Shown in pieces: positions 19,401 to 28,350 of a stretch of DNA of 64,000 bases. The stretch covers positions 1 to 64,000 of the IMG/VR virus record IMGVR_UViG_3300032296_001209. One strand, written 5' to 3'. Made by a program: the position numbers and the translations under genes. Origin of the DNA: a virus. The notes under the pieces are model-generated. The model made no database searches, was not told where the DNA came from, and saw only the letters and a program-made list of their open reading frames with translations. Within the stretch, counting starts at the first letter, position 1. Each line of letters opens with the position of its first letter.

Positions 19401-20458
19401 AAAATTTGTATTTAAGAATAGATGGTAATAAGTTTCAAAAGAAAGTAGGTGATACTTATTCTCCTTATGGTTTTAGTAGTAGTAACTATAAAGACTTGTT
19501 AGAGTCTCTTAAGTTAGAAAGCGTTAATATTGTAGATCCAACAATCTTTGATGGATTAAATACATCATCACAAAGTCTTGTAGCTGGTGACAAAGTATTT
19601 ATAATGCCGGGGGTAACCATCCCCCGGTATAAAATACGGGAAACTGGTAAAGAGATTGGTTTTGATATAGTAAGAAATCAAAGTAAAGCAACCAAAGTAG
19701 TCTTTAACAAGAAACAGGTTATAGAGGAAATGATAGACAAAAGAAATGAGATGGGAATATCTATTAACAGTGTAAAACAAATGTTTGAAACTTATAATAT
19801 TAGTGTTCCTGAACTAGATGATCCAGATACAGGTAGTTATGTTGTTGTAGACTGGTCATTACTTAGAGGACTTAATCATATCTATAATAGTGTTATATCT
19901 GGCAATACAGATGGTCTAGAAACTAATCATTTTTATACTTATCGCTTTAAAGAAGATGCTTATGAGCAACTAATCAATGATTTGCTAGCTAACACTAAAG
20001 TTATTATCTCTGATAAAGATGTAATGAAACAGTGTAATGGTTCTCAACCACTTAACTCTGAATCTTATGCAAGGTTAGTAAGTATGTTTAGTTCAAATCA
20101 AAATCAGGAAATTGGCTTGGAGTTATTATGTAACTGTGACTATGATCAGTCTATGGTATATATCTTGAAGTTAATGTCTAGATTTGATCTACGTAGTATG
20201 CCCGGTACAAACCATGTAAACTACAAAGCATTTAGACAGTACATGACCACACACTGGAATATTGATCCTAACTATTACAGTGGTGATATTATAGATATTA
20301 TATCTAGACTTGCAGAGGGTGGTAAACTTAAGAGAGAATACTTATCTGAATTTAAAGATGACATTCTAAAACATGTAAAATCATATGGTGAGAATAAAAT
20401 CTTTACCATCAGTGCAATTCAAATGAATGATAAGTACAAAGAAAAAATAGTAGAATGA
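19397..20458 (+). CDS. hypothetical protein
   Basis: 353-aa coupled ORF. Confidence 0.75.
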   Translation: MKNLYLRIDGNKFQKKVGDTYSPYGFSSSNYKDLLESLKLESVNIVDPTIFDGLNTSSQSLVAGDKVFIMPGVTIPRYKIRETGKEIGFDIVRNQSKATKVVFNKKQVIEEMIDKRNEMGISINSVKQMFETYNISVPELDDPDTGSYVVVDWSLLRGLNHIYNSVISGNTDGLETNHFYTYRFKEDAYEQLINDLLANTKVIISDKDVMKQCNGSQPLNSESYARLVSMFSSNQNQEIGLELLCNCDYDQSMVYILKLMSRFDLRSMPGTNHVNYKAFRQYMTTHWNIDPNYYSGDIIDIISRLAEGGKLKREYLSEFKDDILKHVKSYGENKIFTISAIQMNDKYKEKIVE

Positions 20459-21429
20459 CAGATCAAGAGTTAATAGAACAGTTTTATAAAACTAAGTATT
20501 ACATTAGTTACTCAGGACTAAGCAAACTAAGGTTTAGTCCTAGATTGTTCTTCACTCATTACATCCTCCAACAAAAGGAGGAATCGGTTGGTGCACATTT
20601 GGTAGAGGGCAGGTTAATTCACTGCCTTCTACTACAACCGGATGAGTATGATAATCAATTCTATGTAGCTAAAAGTAAACTTCCTTCAGATAATCTTAAG
20701 GATATTGTAGATAAAATATTTAGAGAGCACCCTGAATGTAGTGATTTGTCTAACTTTCAAGATGAAATCTTAAACATTTTAATAGAAAAGAACCTTTACC
20801 AGACGCTAAAAACGGATGAGCAAAGACTAGCCAAGGTAATTACACCAATTACTACTGACTATCTTACTGATCTTATAAATAGTATTGGTAAATCTGTAAT
20901 TGATCAGAGCACATATGATAAATGCTTACGGGTAGTAACTAAGTTTAAAGCTAATCCGGAAGTTAGATATCATCTAGGTCTAGACATTACAGAGTTTGAT
21001 GATGTTAAATTTCATAGAGAGTTACCGGCATCTTGTGATTTAGTTGATTACAAGTTTGGTATCAAGGGTATTCTTGACAGTGTAATTGTAGATGATGTAA
21101 ACAAAGTAATTAAGATAGCAGACGTTAAGACTACTAGCAAAACAATCCCTGAATTCAAAGAGAGTGTAGAGTACTACAACTATTGGATGCAGGCTGCAAT
21201 GTATGTACTACTAGCTAAATGTCACTTCTTAAAAGTTGATTACACTTATCAGTATTCTTTTGTGGTGGTAGACAAGTATGAGCAGATTTATTGCTTTCCT
21301 GTTTCTCAGTTAACACTTGATGACTGGAATGAAAGATTTAGAAAAGCGCTAAATGAAGCACATTATCACTATGAAAATAGAGATTATTCTCTACCTTATG
21401 AGTATATTGTAAACAAAATAATACTATGA
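20455..21429 (+). CDS. PD-(D/E)XK exonuclease (DUF3799/RecE-like)
   Basis: SYSGL, GRLIH, KGILD...DVKT and QAAMY motifs. Confidence 0.82.
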   Translation: MTDQELIEQFYKTKYYISYSGLSKLRFSPRLFFTHYILQQKEESVGAHLVEGRLIHCLLLQPDEYDNQFYVAKSKLPSDNLKDIVDKIFREHPECSDLSNFQDEILNILIEKNLYQTLKTDEQRLAKVITPITTDYLTDLINSIGKSVIDQSTYDKCLRVVTKFKANPEVRYHLGLDITEFDDVKFHRELPASCDLVDYKFGIKGILDSVIVDDVNKVIKIADVKTTSKTIPEFKESVEYYNYWMQAAMYVLLAKCHFLKVDYTYQYSFVVVDKYEQIYCFPVSQLTLDDWNERFRKALNEAHYHYENRDYSLPYEYIVNKIIL

Positions 21430-21986
21430 AAAAATTACATGACAAGTACACACAGAAATCCCGGATATTCTTATACCCGGCACTAAACATTAGAAGAGGC
21501 AGTCATATCAAACCCATACAGACTTACATTGCATGGGAAGAGATTGTATCTCCTACTGATAGAAAACTTATTTGCGTTTATGATATACAAGATAATGAAG
21601 ACTATCAAATCTTTGAGAGGGTTAAGTTGTTTGGTAATGATAAGTTCTGTGAGTTTAGACAGACTACAGATAACAAGGGTATTTATATTTTTACATTTGA
21701 TGACCGGGCTTATGACTGGGATAAATTTGTAAAGGGTAAATATTCTCAACTGTCTGATGCTGCTAAAGATGAGATTGAAAGATTCTATGGTAAAGACTCT
21801 AGTACTTATGAGTACGTGATGAGCTATCTATACCCTGAAGACTATTTTGATATCTATGCAGAGCTGTTAGGAGTCAATGTAAACATCCTAAAAGGTGTTG
21901 GAGAATTGTGTGCTCCGTATCACACTGAAAAAGAAACACTTAAAATACCTGTAGAGAATTTGGAAATGAAAGATTTAATTATTTGA
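21426..21986 (+). CDS. hypothetical protein
   Basis: 186-aa coupled ORF. Confidence 0.75.
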   Translation: MKKLHDKYTQKSRIFLYPALNIRRGSHIKPIQTYIAWEEIVSPTDRKLICVYDIQDNEDYQIFERVKLFGNDKFCEFRQTTDNKGIYIFTFDDRAYDWDKFVKGKYSQLSDAAKDEIERFYGKDSSTYEYVMSYLYPEDYFDIYAELLGVNVNILKGVGELCAPYHTEKETLKIPVENLEMKDLII

Positions 21987-21995
21987 TTTGTGTAT

Positions 21996-22388
21996 ATGAA
22001 AGATAGTATGTTATGTATTAGTTCCGTATGGAACGGTCAGGAGAGTTTTAAAGTTATACCTTTAGTAGAAACTTGTCCTTATGTAGAAATGATTTATGAT
22101 CCAGAAGCAAGCATGTTGGTTATCATCTCTAAAATTATTAAAGATGCTTACCACATGATTCCTAGAATGGATGATAAAGGTGATGTAGTATTTACTAAGA
22201 ACAGAAAGAATCCAGAGAAAAGTTACGCGGAAGAGAGAAGACTGGTTGAGTCTTTCCAAGAATATTATGTACATAAGAAAGAAGAGATCTTAGATATTAT
22301 TGCTAAGTTTGCAATGAATCATGATAACTTTGACTTTAGTATCTTGGAAAAAGAATCAGTAGGAATCACGGGTCCAACTCAAGTATAG
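21996..22388 (+). CDS. hypothetical protein
   Basis: ATG 21996. Confidence 0.75.
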   Translation: MKDSMLCISSVWNGQESFKVIPLVETCPYVEMIYDPEASMLVIISKIIKDAYHMIPRMDDKGDVVFTKNRKNPEKSYAEERRLVESFQEYYVHKKEEILDIIAKFAMNHDNFDFSILEKESVGITGPTQV

Positions 22389-22420
22389 GGTCTTGAGGAT
22401 TGCCATATAAACCAACAATC

Positions 22421-22450
22421 AAGGGGGATGTAATAGTCCCCCTTTTTTTT
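22421..22450 (+). terminator. intrinsic terminator
   Basis: AAGGGGGA-TGTAATAG-TCCCCCTT followed by a T tract. Confidence 0.85.
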
Positions 22451-22458
22451 CTAAAACT

Positions 22459-24441
22459 ATGAAGAGACATTGGGTAATGGATATAGAAACTATGTCAGAT
22501 TTCTTCTGTGCTGTATTTGAGCACTATAAAGAAGAGTCTGTAACAGAGTTTGTAATATCCTTTAAAGAGAATCAGATTAAAAAGCTAGTAGATTTTATTA
22601 ATGAGAACATTAAAAGTGAGGAATGGCATATCAGTTTTAATGGTCTTGACTTTGATGCACAAGTAATACAGTATATCATTGATCATGCTCAGGAACTTAT
22701 TGTACTAGACTCTGCACAAATTACAGATAAACTATACAAAGTAGCGCAAGATATTATCTATAGAAAGAATAATGGCGAGTTTGCTCTGTATAGTCACAAG
22801 CAATTAAAGATTAATCAGATAGATTTATTTAAACTTAATCACTGGGACAATCCGGCTAAAAGCTCTAGTCTTAAGTGGTTGGAGTATACACTAGATTGGC
22901 ACAACGTAGAGGAAATGCCTATACATCATAGTGATAGCATAGACACCATTGAGAAACAAGAGATGGTACTAAGCTATTGTAGAAATGATGTAAAGTTCAC
23001 CAAAAAAATAATGGAGTATAGTAAATCTCAGATTGCTTTACGTGGTGTACTTACAAAAGAATATGGTATTAACCTGTACAGTGCTAGTGAGCCAAGGATA
23101 TCTAAAGAGCTATTTAAGTATTTCTTATCTAAAGCTACCGGGATTAGTAGTTATGAGCTCAACGGTCTTAGAACTAACAGAACTCTTATCAAAGTAAATG
23201 ATATCATTCTAGACTATGTAAAGTTTAAAACACCAGAGTTGCAGGCGCTGCTAGATAAGTTTAGAACTATTGAGTTGGACCCTAAAGAAACTAAAGGTGG
23301 GTTTGCTCATAGTGTAACTTATAAAGGTATGCAGACTGATTTTGGTCTAGGTGGTTTACATGGCGCACGTTCCGGAATCTTTGAAGCTAAGAATGGTATG
23401 ATAATAATGTCATCAGATGTTGTAAGTTATTATCCCAATCTAGCTATTAAGAATAAATGGGCCCCGGCTCATCTTCCTAAAGAAGAGTTCTGTGAGCAGT
23501 ATGAGTGGTTCTTTACAGAGCGTAAGAAGATCCCTAAGAAAGATCCTAAGAACTATGTATACAAGATCATCTTGAACAGTACTTATGGCCTTAGCAACGA
23601 TAAGAATAGCTTTCTGTATGATCCTGAGTTTACCATGCGTATTACTATCAATGGTCAGCTAAGTCTATGTATGCTTTATGAGATGATAGCAGAAGGTATA
23701 CCCGGTGCTATTCCTATAATGCAGAATACAGATGGTCTAGAGATGATGATACCTGAAGAACATAAAGCAAAATATCTTGAGATATGTTCTGAATGGGAAA
23801 CAATCACTCAGCTAGCACTGGAACATGACCAGTATCAGAAGATGATTATTGGTGATGTAAACAATTACATTGGTATAAATACCCACAGGGAAGCAGATCA
23901 AGAGACTTTAATTAGTCTTAAAGAAGATGAGCCCTATTATGTTTATACTGATAATGGTTATTCCCCGGTAAAGTGTAAAGGTAGATTTGAGTTTCACCAC
24001 TTAGCATTACATAAGAATAAATCTTTCTTAATCATCAGAAAGGCGCTCTATAATTACTTTGTATTTAATACCCCGGTAGATAAGACTATTCTAGAATCTA
24101 AAAGCATAGTTGATTTCTGTGGTGGTATAAAAGCAAAAGGTGATTGGAGATTTACAAGTAACTGCATGATTAAGGGTGTGCTCATAACAGAACCGTTACA
24201 GAAAATAGTGAGATACTATATCTCTAATAAGGGTTGTAAGATACTAAAACAACACAGAGATGGTAGAATCATACAAGTAGAATCAGGTAGATGGTTGCAG
24301 ACTACATTGAATAAGTTAGATAAAAAAGATTGGGATGGTTATGATATCAACTATGATTATTATATTAACAATGCAATACGTGAAATTATGAATGTATGTC
24401 CAGAAAAGATAGCTTACCAACAACTAGAACTAAACTTATGA
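22459..24441 (+). CDS. family B DNA polymerase
   Basis: Exonuclease DIE and FNGLDFD; polymerase DVVSYYP, KIILNSTYG and NTDG motifs. Confidence 0.92.
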   Translation: MKRHWVMDIETMSDFFCAVFEHYKEESVTEFVISFKENQIKKLVDFINENIKSEEWHISFNGLDFDAQVIQYIIDHAQELIVLDSAQITDKLYKVAQDIIYRKNNGEFALYSHKQLKINQIDLFKLNHWDNPAKSSSLKWLEYTLDWHNVEEMPIHHSDSIDTIEKQEMVLSYCRNDVKFTKKIMEYSKSQIALRGVLTKEYGINLYSASEPRISKELFKYFLSKATGISSYELNGLRTNRTLIKVNDIILDYVKFKTPELQALLDKFRTIELDPKETKGGFAHSVTYKGMQTDFGLGGLHGARSGIFEAKNGMIIMSSDVVSYYPNLAIKNKWAPAHLPKEEFCEQYEWFFTERKKIPKKDPKNYVYKIILNSTYGLSNDKNSFLYDPEFTMRITINGQLSLCMLYEMIAEGIPGAIPIMQNTDGLEMMIPEEHKAKYLEICSEWETITQLALEHDQYQKMIIGDVNNYIGINTHREADQETLISLKEDEPYYVYTDNGYSPVKCKGRFEFHHLALHKNKSFLIIRKALYNYFVFNTPVDKTILESKSIVDFCGGIKAKGDWRFTSNCMIKGVLITEPLQKIVRYYISNKGCKILKQHRDGRIIQVESGRWLQTTLNKLDKKDWDGYDINYDYYINNAIREIMNVCPEKIAYQQLELNL

Positions 24442-24689
24442 TTAATATAGAAAAACAACCGATTCACAAGACTGAGGTCTTTATTCACAATGGTACTTAC
24501 ATAACTAAGGATGCATGGGAAGATGAGATAGATTTAACACCCTATCCTTTCTCATGCACACTTAGAATAGATCATCTACAACAATCTGTTACTTGTAGTG
24601 TAGTTTGGCCGCAAGTAAAACCACCTGGTACAGAAGCTATAGAAGTAGAGATTGAAAAAAAACTAAGAAAAATCTATGTCAACCCTTAA
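24438..24689 (+). CDS. hypothetical protein
   Basis: ATGA-coupled start at 24438. Confidence 0.65.
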   Translation: MINIEKQPIHKTEVFIHNGTYITKDAWEDEIDLTPYPFSCTLRIDHLQQSVTCSVVWPQVKPPGTEAIEVEIEKKLRKIYVNP

Positions 24690-25170
24690 TGAAAAAGAAG
24701 TATTAAAGATCCAGCTACATAATTTAAAATTAGCACTTAGGAGAAAAGAGGAACAACTTATTAAGATCAAGGAAGAATACAGTAGTGAATTACAAAAGGT
24801 AAAGAAAGATTACGGAGTAAAGTTATTACATCTACGTATTACTCTCTCACCTAAAAAGGAATTAACAGACAATGTTATACCTCTGCTTTGTAACATACTG
24901 CATTCTGTAACAGGTGTATCCGCTAAAGAGATATTAAGTAAGTCCCGCAAAAGAGATTACATTATACCTAGGTATGTGATTATTCATATACTTAGATTAG
25001 AAGGTAAAACACTCCAATTTATTGGAAAAACAATTGGTAATCAGCATCATGCAACTATTATACATGCTATTAGAATTGTAGAAGACTGGCATACATATCC
25101 AGAGTACTACAAGAAAGAAATAGAAATATATAATAAAACAAAGAAAATGTTTGAAGAAATAAAAAACTGA
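24676..25170 (+). CDS. coiled coil plus DnaA domain-IV HTH protein
   Basis: ILSKSRKRDYIIPR...IGKTIGNQHHATIIHA. Confidence 0.8.
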   Translation: MSTLNEKEVLKIQLHNLKLALRRKEEQLIKIKEEYSSELQKVKKDYGVKLLHLRITLSPKKELTDNVIPLLCNILHSVTGVSAKEILSKSRKRDYIIPRYVIIHILRLEGKTLQFIGKTIGNQHHATIIHAIRIVEDWHTYPEYYKKEIEIYNKTKKMFEEIKN

Positions 25171-25179
25171 TTATATTTG
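25150..25179 (+). promoter_or_regulatory. Bacteroidota promoter TTTG-N18-TATATTTG
   Basis: Both -33 and -7 boxes present, upstream of the candidate sRNA and tRNA. Confidence 0.8.
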
Positions 25180-25182
25180 CAT

Positions 25183-25272
25183 TGTCTTCTGATTTTCATA
25201 GTAAGCTGCTCACAAAGTGTATTAGGTCATGCCTGTTTCCTGATACACTTGAGTAGCTTAAGCTGAACACAA
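25183..25272 (+). ncRNA. putative antisense sRNA in the pre-tRNA 5' leader
   Basis: Hairpin 25202-25260; segments complementary to minus-strand mRNA at 32816-32840 and 27049-27070. Confidence 0.65.
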
Positions 25273-25346
25273 TCCTTGGTAGCTCAGTTGGTTAGAGCAA
25301 CTGACTGTTAATCAGTAGGTCACTGGTTCGAGTCCAGTCCAGGGAG
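25273..25346 (+). tRNA. tRNA-Asn(GTT), CCA not encoded
   Basis: Acceptor TCCTTGG/CCAGGGA, D arm, ACTGA-CTGTTAA-TCAGT anticodon arm, GTTCGA T loop. Confidence 0.95.
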
Positions 25347-25364
25347 CAAATAAAAACTAAACAC

Positions 25365-25652
25365 ATGAATACATTTACACTTAGAGGACGAAGAATTCTC
25401 CTTGACAAACCACACAAAGAAACTTTTGGCATTGAATTAACAGAGGCTGCTAAAGCTGAAGTTGATGCTGAGATGATGAAGAAATGGACAGCATTAACAA
25501 TATATGCTGTTGGTACAGAAGTAACTGAAGTAAAAGTAGGAGATAAAATATATATCCCTAGTTACGTTTTACAAAGCGCTGAAATAGTTGATATGCAAGA
25601 TGAAGGCATTAAGATTATGATAGGTGAGCAAGATATTGCCATTATTTGGTAA
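25365..25652 (+). CDS. GroES-like co-chaperonin
   Basis: LRGRRILL, GIEL, AVG..VKVGD and EQDI motifs. Confidence 0.75.
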   Translation: MNTFTLRGRRILLDKPHKETFGIELTEAAKAEVDAEMMKKWTALTIYAVGTEVTEVKVGDKIYIPSYVLQSAEIVDMQDEGIKIMIGEQDIAIIW

Positions 25653-25653
25653 T

Positions 25654-25735
25654 ACTAGGTAACCACTAACCCTCTGGTAGTAGGCGTTGATCAGGATGGA
25701 ATGCTAAGGTCATGTAAGCCCTGCCTAGTTTTTTT
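25654..25735 (+). ncRNA. multi-stem structured element ending in a U tract (terminator or ncRNA)
   Basis: ACTAGGTA/TGCCTAGT outer stem, inner hairpins, T7. Confidence 0.45.
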
Positions 25736-25738
25736 AAA

Positions 25739-26377
25739 ATGAGCACACAAAACGCAAACATCCCTCAAGTAAAGTGCTATATAAGGAACTCTTATATAGG
25801 ACTTGGTGATGGTGTCACTGAAGGATATATGTTTGGTGTAAAGTGTATATTAAATAAACCATTGTTATTTCATTTTCAAAGTAGTTTTGGGGCTGTATTT
25901 TGGATGCAGCCTCTCTCTGCTTTTGTACACAAACCGGACTTTGATAAACTCTCTGATGATGAAGAGACTAGATTAAGTTTATTACAAACCTGGGATTGTC
26001 AAAGTAATTTTTTATCAGTAACAACCTTTGCTTTCTTACAACATAAGAGAGTAGATGTACTATGTAGAGATGGTAAGTGGAGATCCGGTCATTATCTGTT
26101 TACTATAGATGATTACTACGGTGATCTAAATGAGCTTAACTTAGGTTATGCTACAGACAATGACACCAAGTGTTATCAGTTTATACAGTTAGAAGACGGT
26201 AACTACTGTGCACATCCAAACAACTTGCTTAGATGGCATAATCCAGACTTTATTGTTCCCTATGATAAGGACAATATACCCAAGTTAAAAATTAATGCTG
26301 AAGATTACAGCTCAGAAGATGTAGACAGGACCTATGGTAATAGTCCTTACTTCTTCTATAATGATCCTAATCACTAA
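25739..26377 (+). CDS. hypothetical protein
   Basis: 212-aa ORF. Confidence 0.75.
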   Translation: MSTQNANIPQVKCYIRNSYIGLGDGVTEGYMFGVKCILNKPLLFHFQSSFGAVFWMQPLSAFVHKPDFDKLSDDEETRLSLLQTWDCQSNFLSVTTFAFLQHKRVDVLCRDGKWRSGHYLFTIDDYYGDLNELNLGYATDNDTKCYQFIQLEDGNYCAHPNNLLRWHNPDFIVPYDKDNIPKLKINAEDYSSEDVDRTYGNSPYFFYNDPNH

Positions 26378-27053
26378 AGGTCTTATATACTTCTAGTATA
26401 GGAGAAACTATACTATGTCTGTGATTTTGTAATAAAGCAAAGACCTTAAATCCCTGAACATGTTCTTCTATACGTGCTAAGAAACTAAAGCCGGATGTCT
26501 TCTTATCTTTAAGATCTATCTGGGCAATGTCACCACAGATTACCATCTTACTTTCTTTACCCAATCTACCTAGAATAGCCTCCATCTGAGAGTGTGTAAC
26601 ATTCTGGGCCTCATCTACAATGATGAAACTATTTACAAACGTTCTACCTCTTACAAATGCAAAGGGTACAATCTCAATATTACCAAACTCTATCTCTTTA
26701 TCTATCTTCTCTTTGTTATATAGAGCATATAGATTATGATAAATAGGCGCTAACCAGGGGTCCATTTTTTCTTTAATGTCTCCGGGTAAGAATCCTATAT
26801 CTTCTTTAGATACAGTAGGTCTAGTAATAATAATCTTGTCAACCTCTTTGTTAAATAACATATCAAGAGCAACTTGACAGGCTACAAGTGTTTTACCGGA
26901 GCCTGCCATACCTTTTAATACAGTTATTGGATTGTCAAGAATCAGAGACTTAGCTCTTTTCTGCTCCTCATTTAAAGTTATTTGAAACTTAATGGGATTC
27001 TTGGGCCTTCTTTTTGCTTTGAAGACCTCATCTTCATGTGAATTTGATGTCAT
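26367..27053 (-). CDS. phoH: PhoH-family ATPase
   Basis: GMAGSGKT, TRP, GFLPG, RGRTF, DEAQN and GDIAQID motifs. Confidence 0.95.
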   Translation of the reverse strand: MTSNSHEDEVFKAKRRPKNPIKFQITLNEEQKRAKSLILDNPITVLKGMAGSGKTLVACQVALDMLFNKEVDKIIITRPTVSKEDIGFLPGDIKEKMDPWLAPIYHNLYALYNKEKIDKEIEFGNIEIVPFAFVRGRTFVNSFIIVDEAQNVTHSQMEAILGRLGKESKMVICGDIAQIDLKDKKTSGFSFLARIEEHVQGFKVFALLQNHRHSIVSPILEVYKTFSD

Positions 27054-27235
27054 GCTTGTTCTCCGTTACAGCAAGGTATAGCATTTTGTTTACATACCGG
27101 GCACTGATAGTGACCATGTACAAAAATATATTCTACCCTACTATTACAAAATACACAATAATCAGAAGTTTTTATGCATGAGAGACTCTTGCACTCCTGA
27201 TTGTCCGTGGTATTTGCTTCCTGGTTTTTTGTCAT
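27050..27235 (-). CDS. small Cys-rich zinc-ribbon protein
   Basis: CVFC...HGHYQCPVC...CC; start uncertain (overlaps dcd). Confidence 0.55.
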   Translation of the reverse strand: MTKNQEANTTDNQECKSLSCIKTSDYCVFCNSRVEYIFVHGHYQCPVCKQNAIPCCNGEQA

Positions 27236-27695
27236 AAGTCTGGAGAATTTTACCTGCTACACGTTCAAACTTGATTTGACAGATCTTCATGTTAGGATAA
27301 ATACGTAATGGTTTTACCACACGCATCTCTAATACTAGAGATCCCATAAATCCTGAATCAATAAATCCGGCACAGATATGAATATCTAAACCTAATCTAC
27401 CTAGACTAGACTTACCCATAACTGTAGCACAGATATCTTCCTTTACTCCAATAGTTTCATTGCATGAGTAAAGATATAATTCACCTGGCTGTAACACATA
27501 ACCCTCTTCAGGAATCTCAAATTCCTCTACAGGATTAGGTTGTCTGCAGTCTAAAGTATTACCCGTATATATTTTACATTTAGGGTTTAAAGTTAAATCT
27601 ACAGAGTTTGGATTTAAATACTCATGTTTAAAAGGAGAGATTATAATCATACCTCTTTCATGCTCTAATAAAATTTCTGAATCTGCAAGTACCAT
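27162..27695 (-). CDS. dcd: dCTP deaminase
   Basis: NPNSVDL, GKSSLGRLG, AGFIDSGF.G..VLE and KY.GQ motifs. Confidence 0.92.
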   Translation of the reverse strand: MVLADSEILLEHERGMIIISPFKHEYLNPNSVDLTLNPKCKIYTGNTLDCRQPNPVEEFEIPEEGYVLQPGELYLYSCNETIGVKEDICATVMGKSSLGRLGLDIHICAGFIDSGFMGSLVLEMRVVKPLRIYPNMKICQIKFERVAGKILQTYDKKPGSKYHGQSGVQESLMHKNF

Positions 27696-27700
27696 AGTCG

Positions 27701-27719
27701 CAAATATATACTAAATTTG
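27701..27719. promoter_or_regulatory. back-to-back Bacteroidota -7 boxes (divergent promoter)
   Basis: TATATTTG on minus (27701-27708) and TAAATTTG on plus (27712-27719), each 4-5 nt from an ATG. Confidence 0.7.
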
Positions 27720-27723
27720 TGAT

Positions 27724-28350
27724 ATGTCGGATGTAAAATCTGTAATTGGTATACCCACTATAAATAGAGCTGATCTTCTAGAAGGCGCATTAGATTTATA
27801 TGTAAAAAACTGGAAAAGAAATATCTTTATTGTAGATAATGGTAATCAAATTATACAACCAAGACCTATAGTAAAAGTTATGAAAATGTCTCATAACTTA
27901 GGCGTATCTGGTAGCTGGAATCATTTATGTAAAACTTTATTTGCTCAAGGGTATAGTCACGTATGTCTACTCAATGATGATATAGTTTGGAATAAAACCC
28001 AAGACCAGGTAGATAAATTTATAGAGGAGAATCCTACTGACTTTTATGTTGGCACCGGTACGTGGTGTAACATTGTATTACCCAAAACAACTTGGGATAT
28101 AGTGGGACCATTTGATGAAGAGTTTTATCCGGCTTACTTTGAAGACAATGACTATTGTTATAGAATGAGATTAGCGGGACTTAAGAGAATTAACTCTGAG
28201 TTTTTTAACCCAGAAGTATTTAGAAATAGCCAGACTATTGCTAGAGATAGTTCTCTCAATAAAAACTTTGATAGAAACAGAGAAAGATATAAAGAGAAGT
28301 GGGGAGGTTACCCTTTAGAAGAAACATTTAAAACTCCATACAATGAGTAA
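27724..28350 (+). CDS. glycosyltransferase family 2
   Basis: IPT.NR, VDNG, LLNDD, FDE.F..AYFEDNDY motifs. Confidence 0.88.
   Translation: MSDVKSVIGIPTINRADLLEGALDLYVKNWKRNIFIVDNGNQIIQPRPIVKVMKMSHNLGVSGSWNHLCKTLFAQGYSHVCLLNDDIVWNKTQDQVDKFIEENPTDFYVGTGTWCNIVLPKTTWDIVGPFDEEFYPAYFEDNDYCYRMRLAGLKRINSEFFNPEVFRNSQTIARDSSLNKNFDRNRERYKEKWGGYPLEETFKTPYNE

Noticed and set aside
20455-21429. Cas4/CRISPR association of the PD-(D/E)XK nuclease
   Set aside because: No Fe-S Cys cluster pattern and no array; the context is phage recombination.
25347-25364. tRNA-associated theta (HDV-like) ribozyme
   Set aside because: Only 18 A-rich nt separate the tRNA from groES; no HDV-like fold is apparent.
27162-27185. 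Programmed frameshift fusing Dcd to the zinc-ribbon ORF
   Set aside because: The downstream ORF is in the +1 frame, T-AAA-AAC is not a canonical slippery heptamer, and an in-frame ATG exists at 27235.
4634-27695. Uracil- or hydroxymethyluracil-substituted genome suggested by dcd and the Nmad1-like gene
   Set aside because: A canonical ThyA and an intact-looking UDG point to ordinary dTTP supply and uracil removal.
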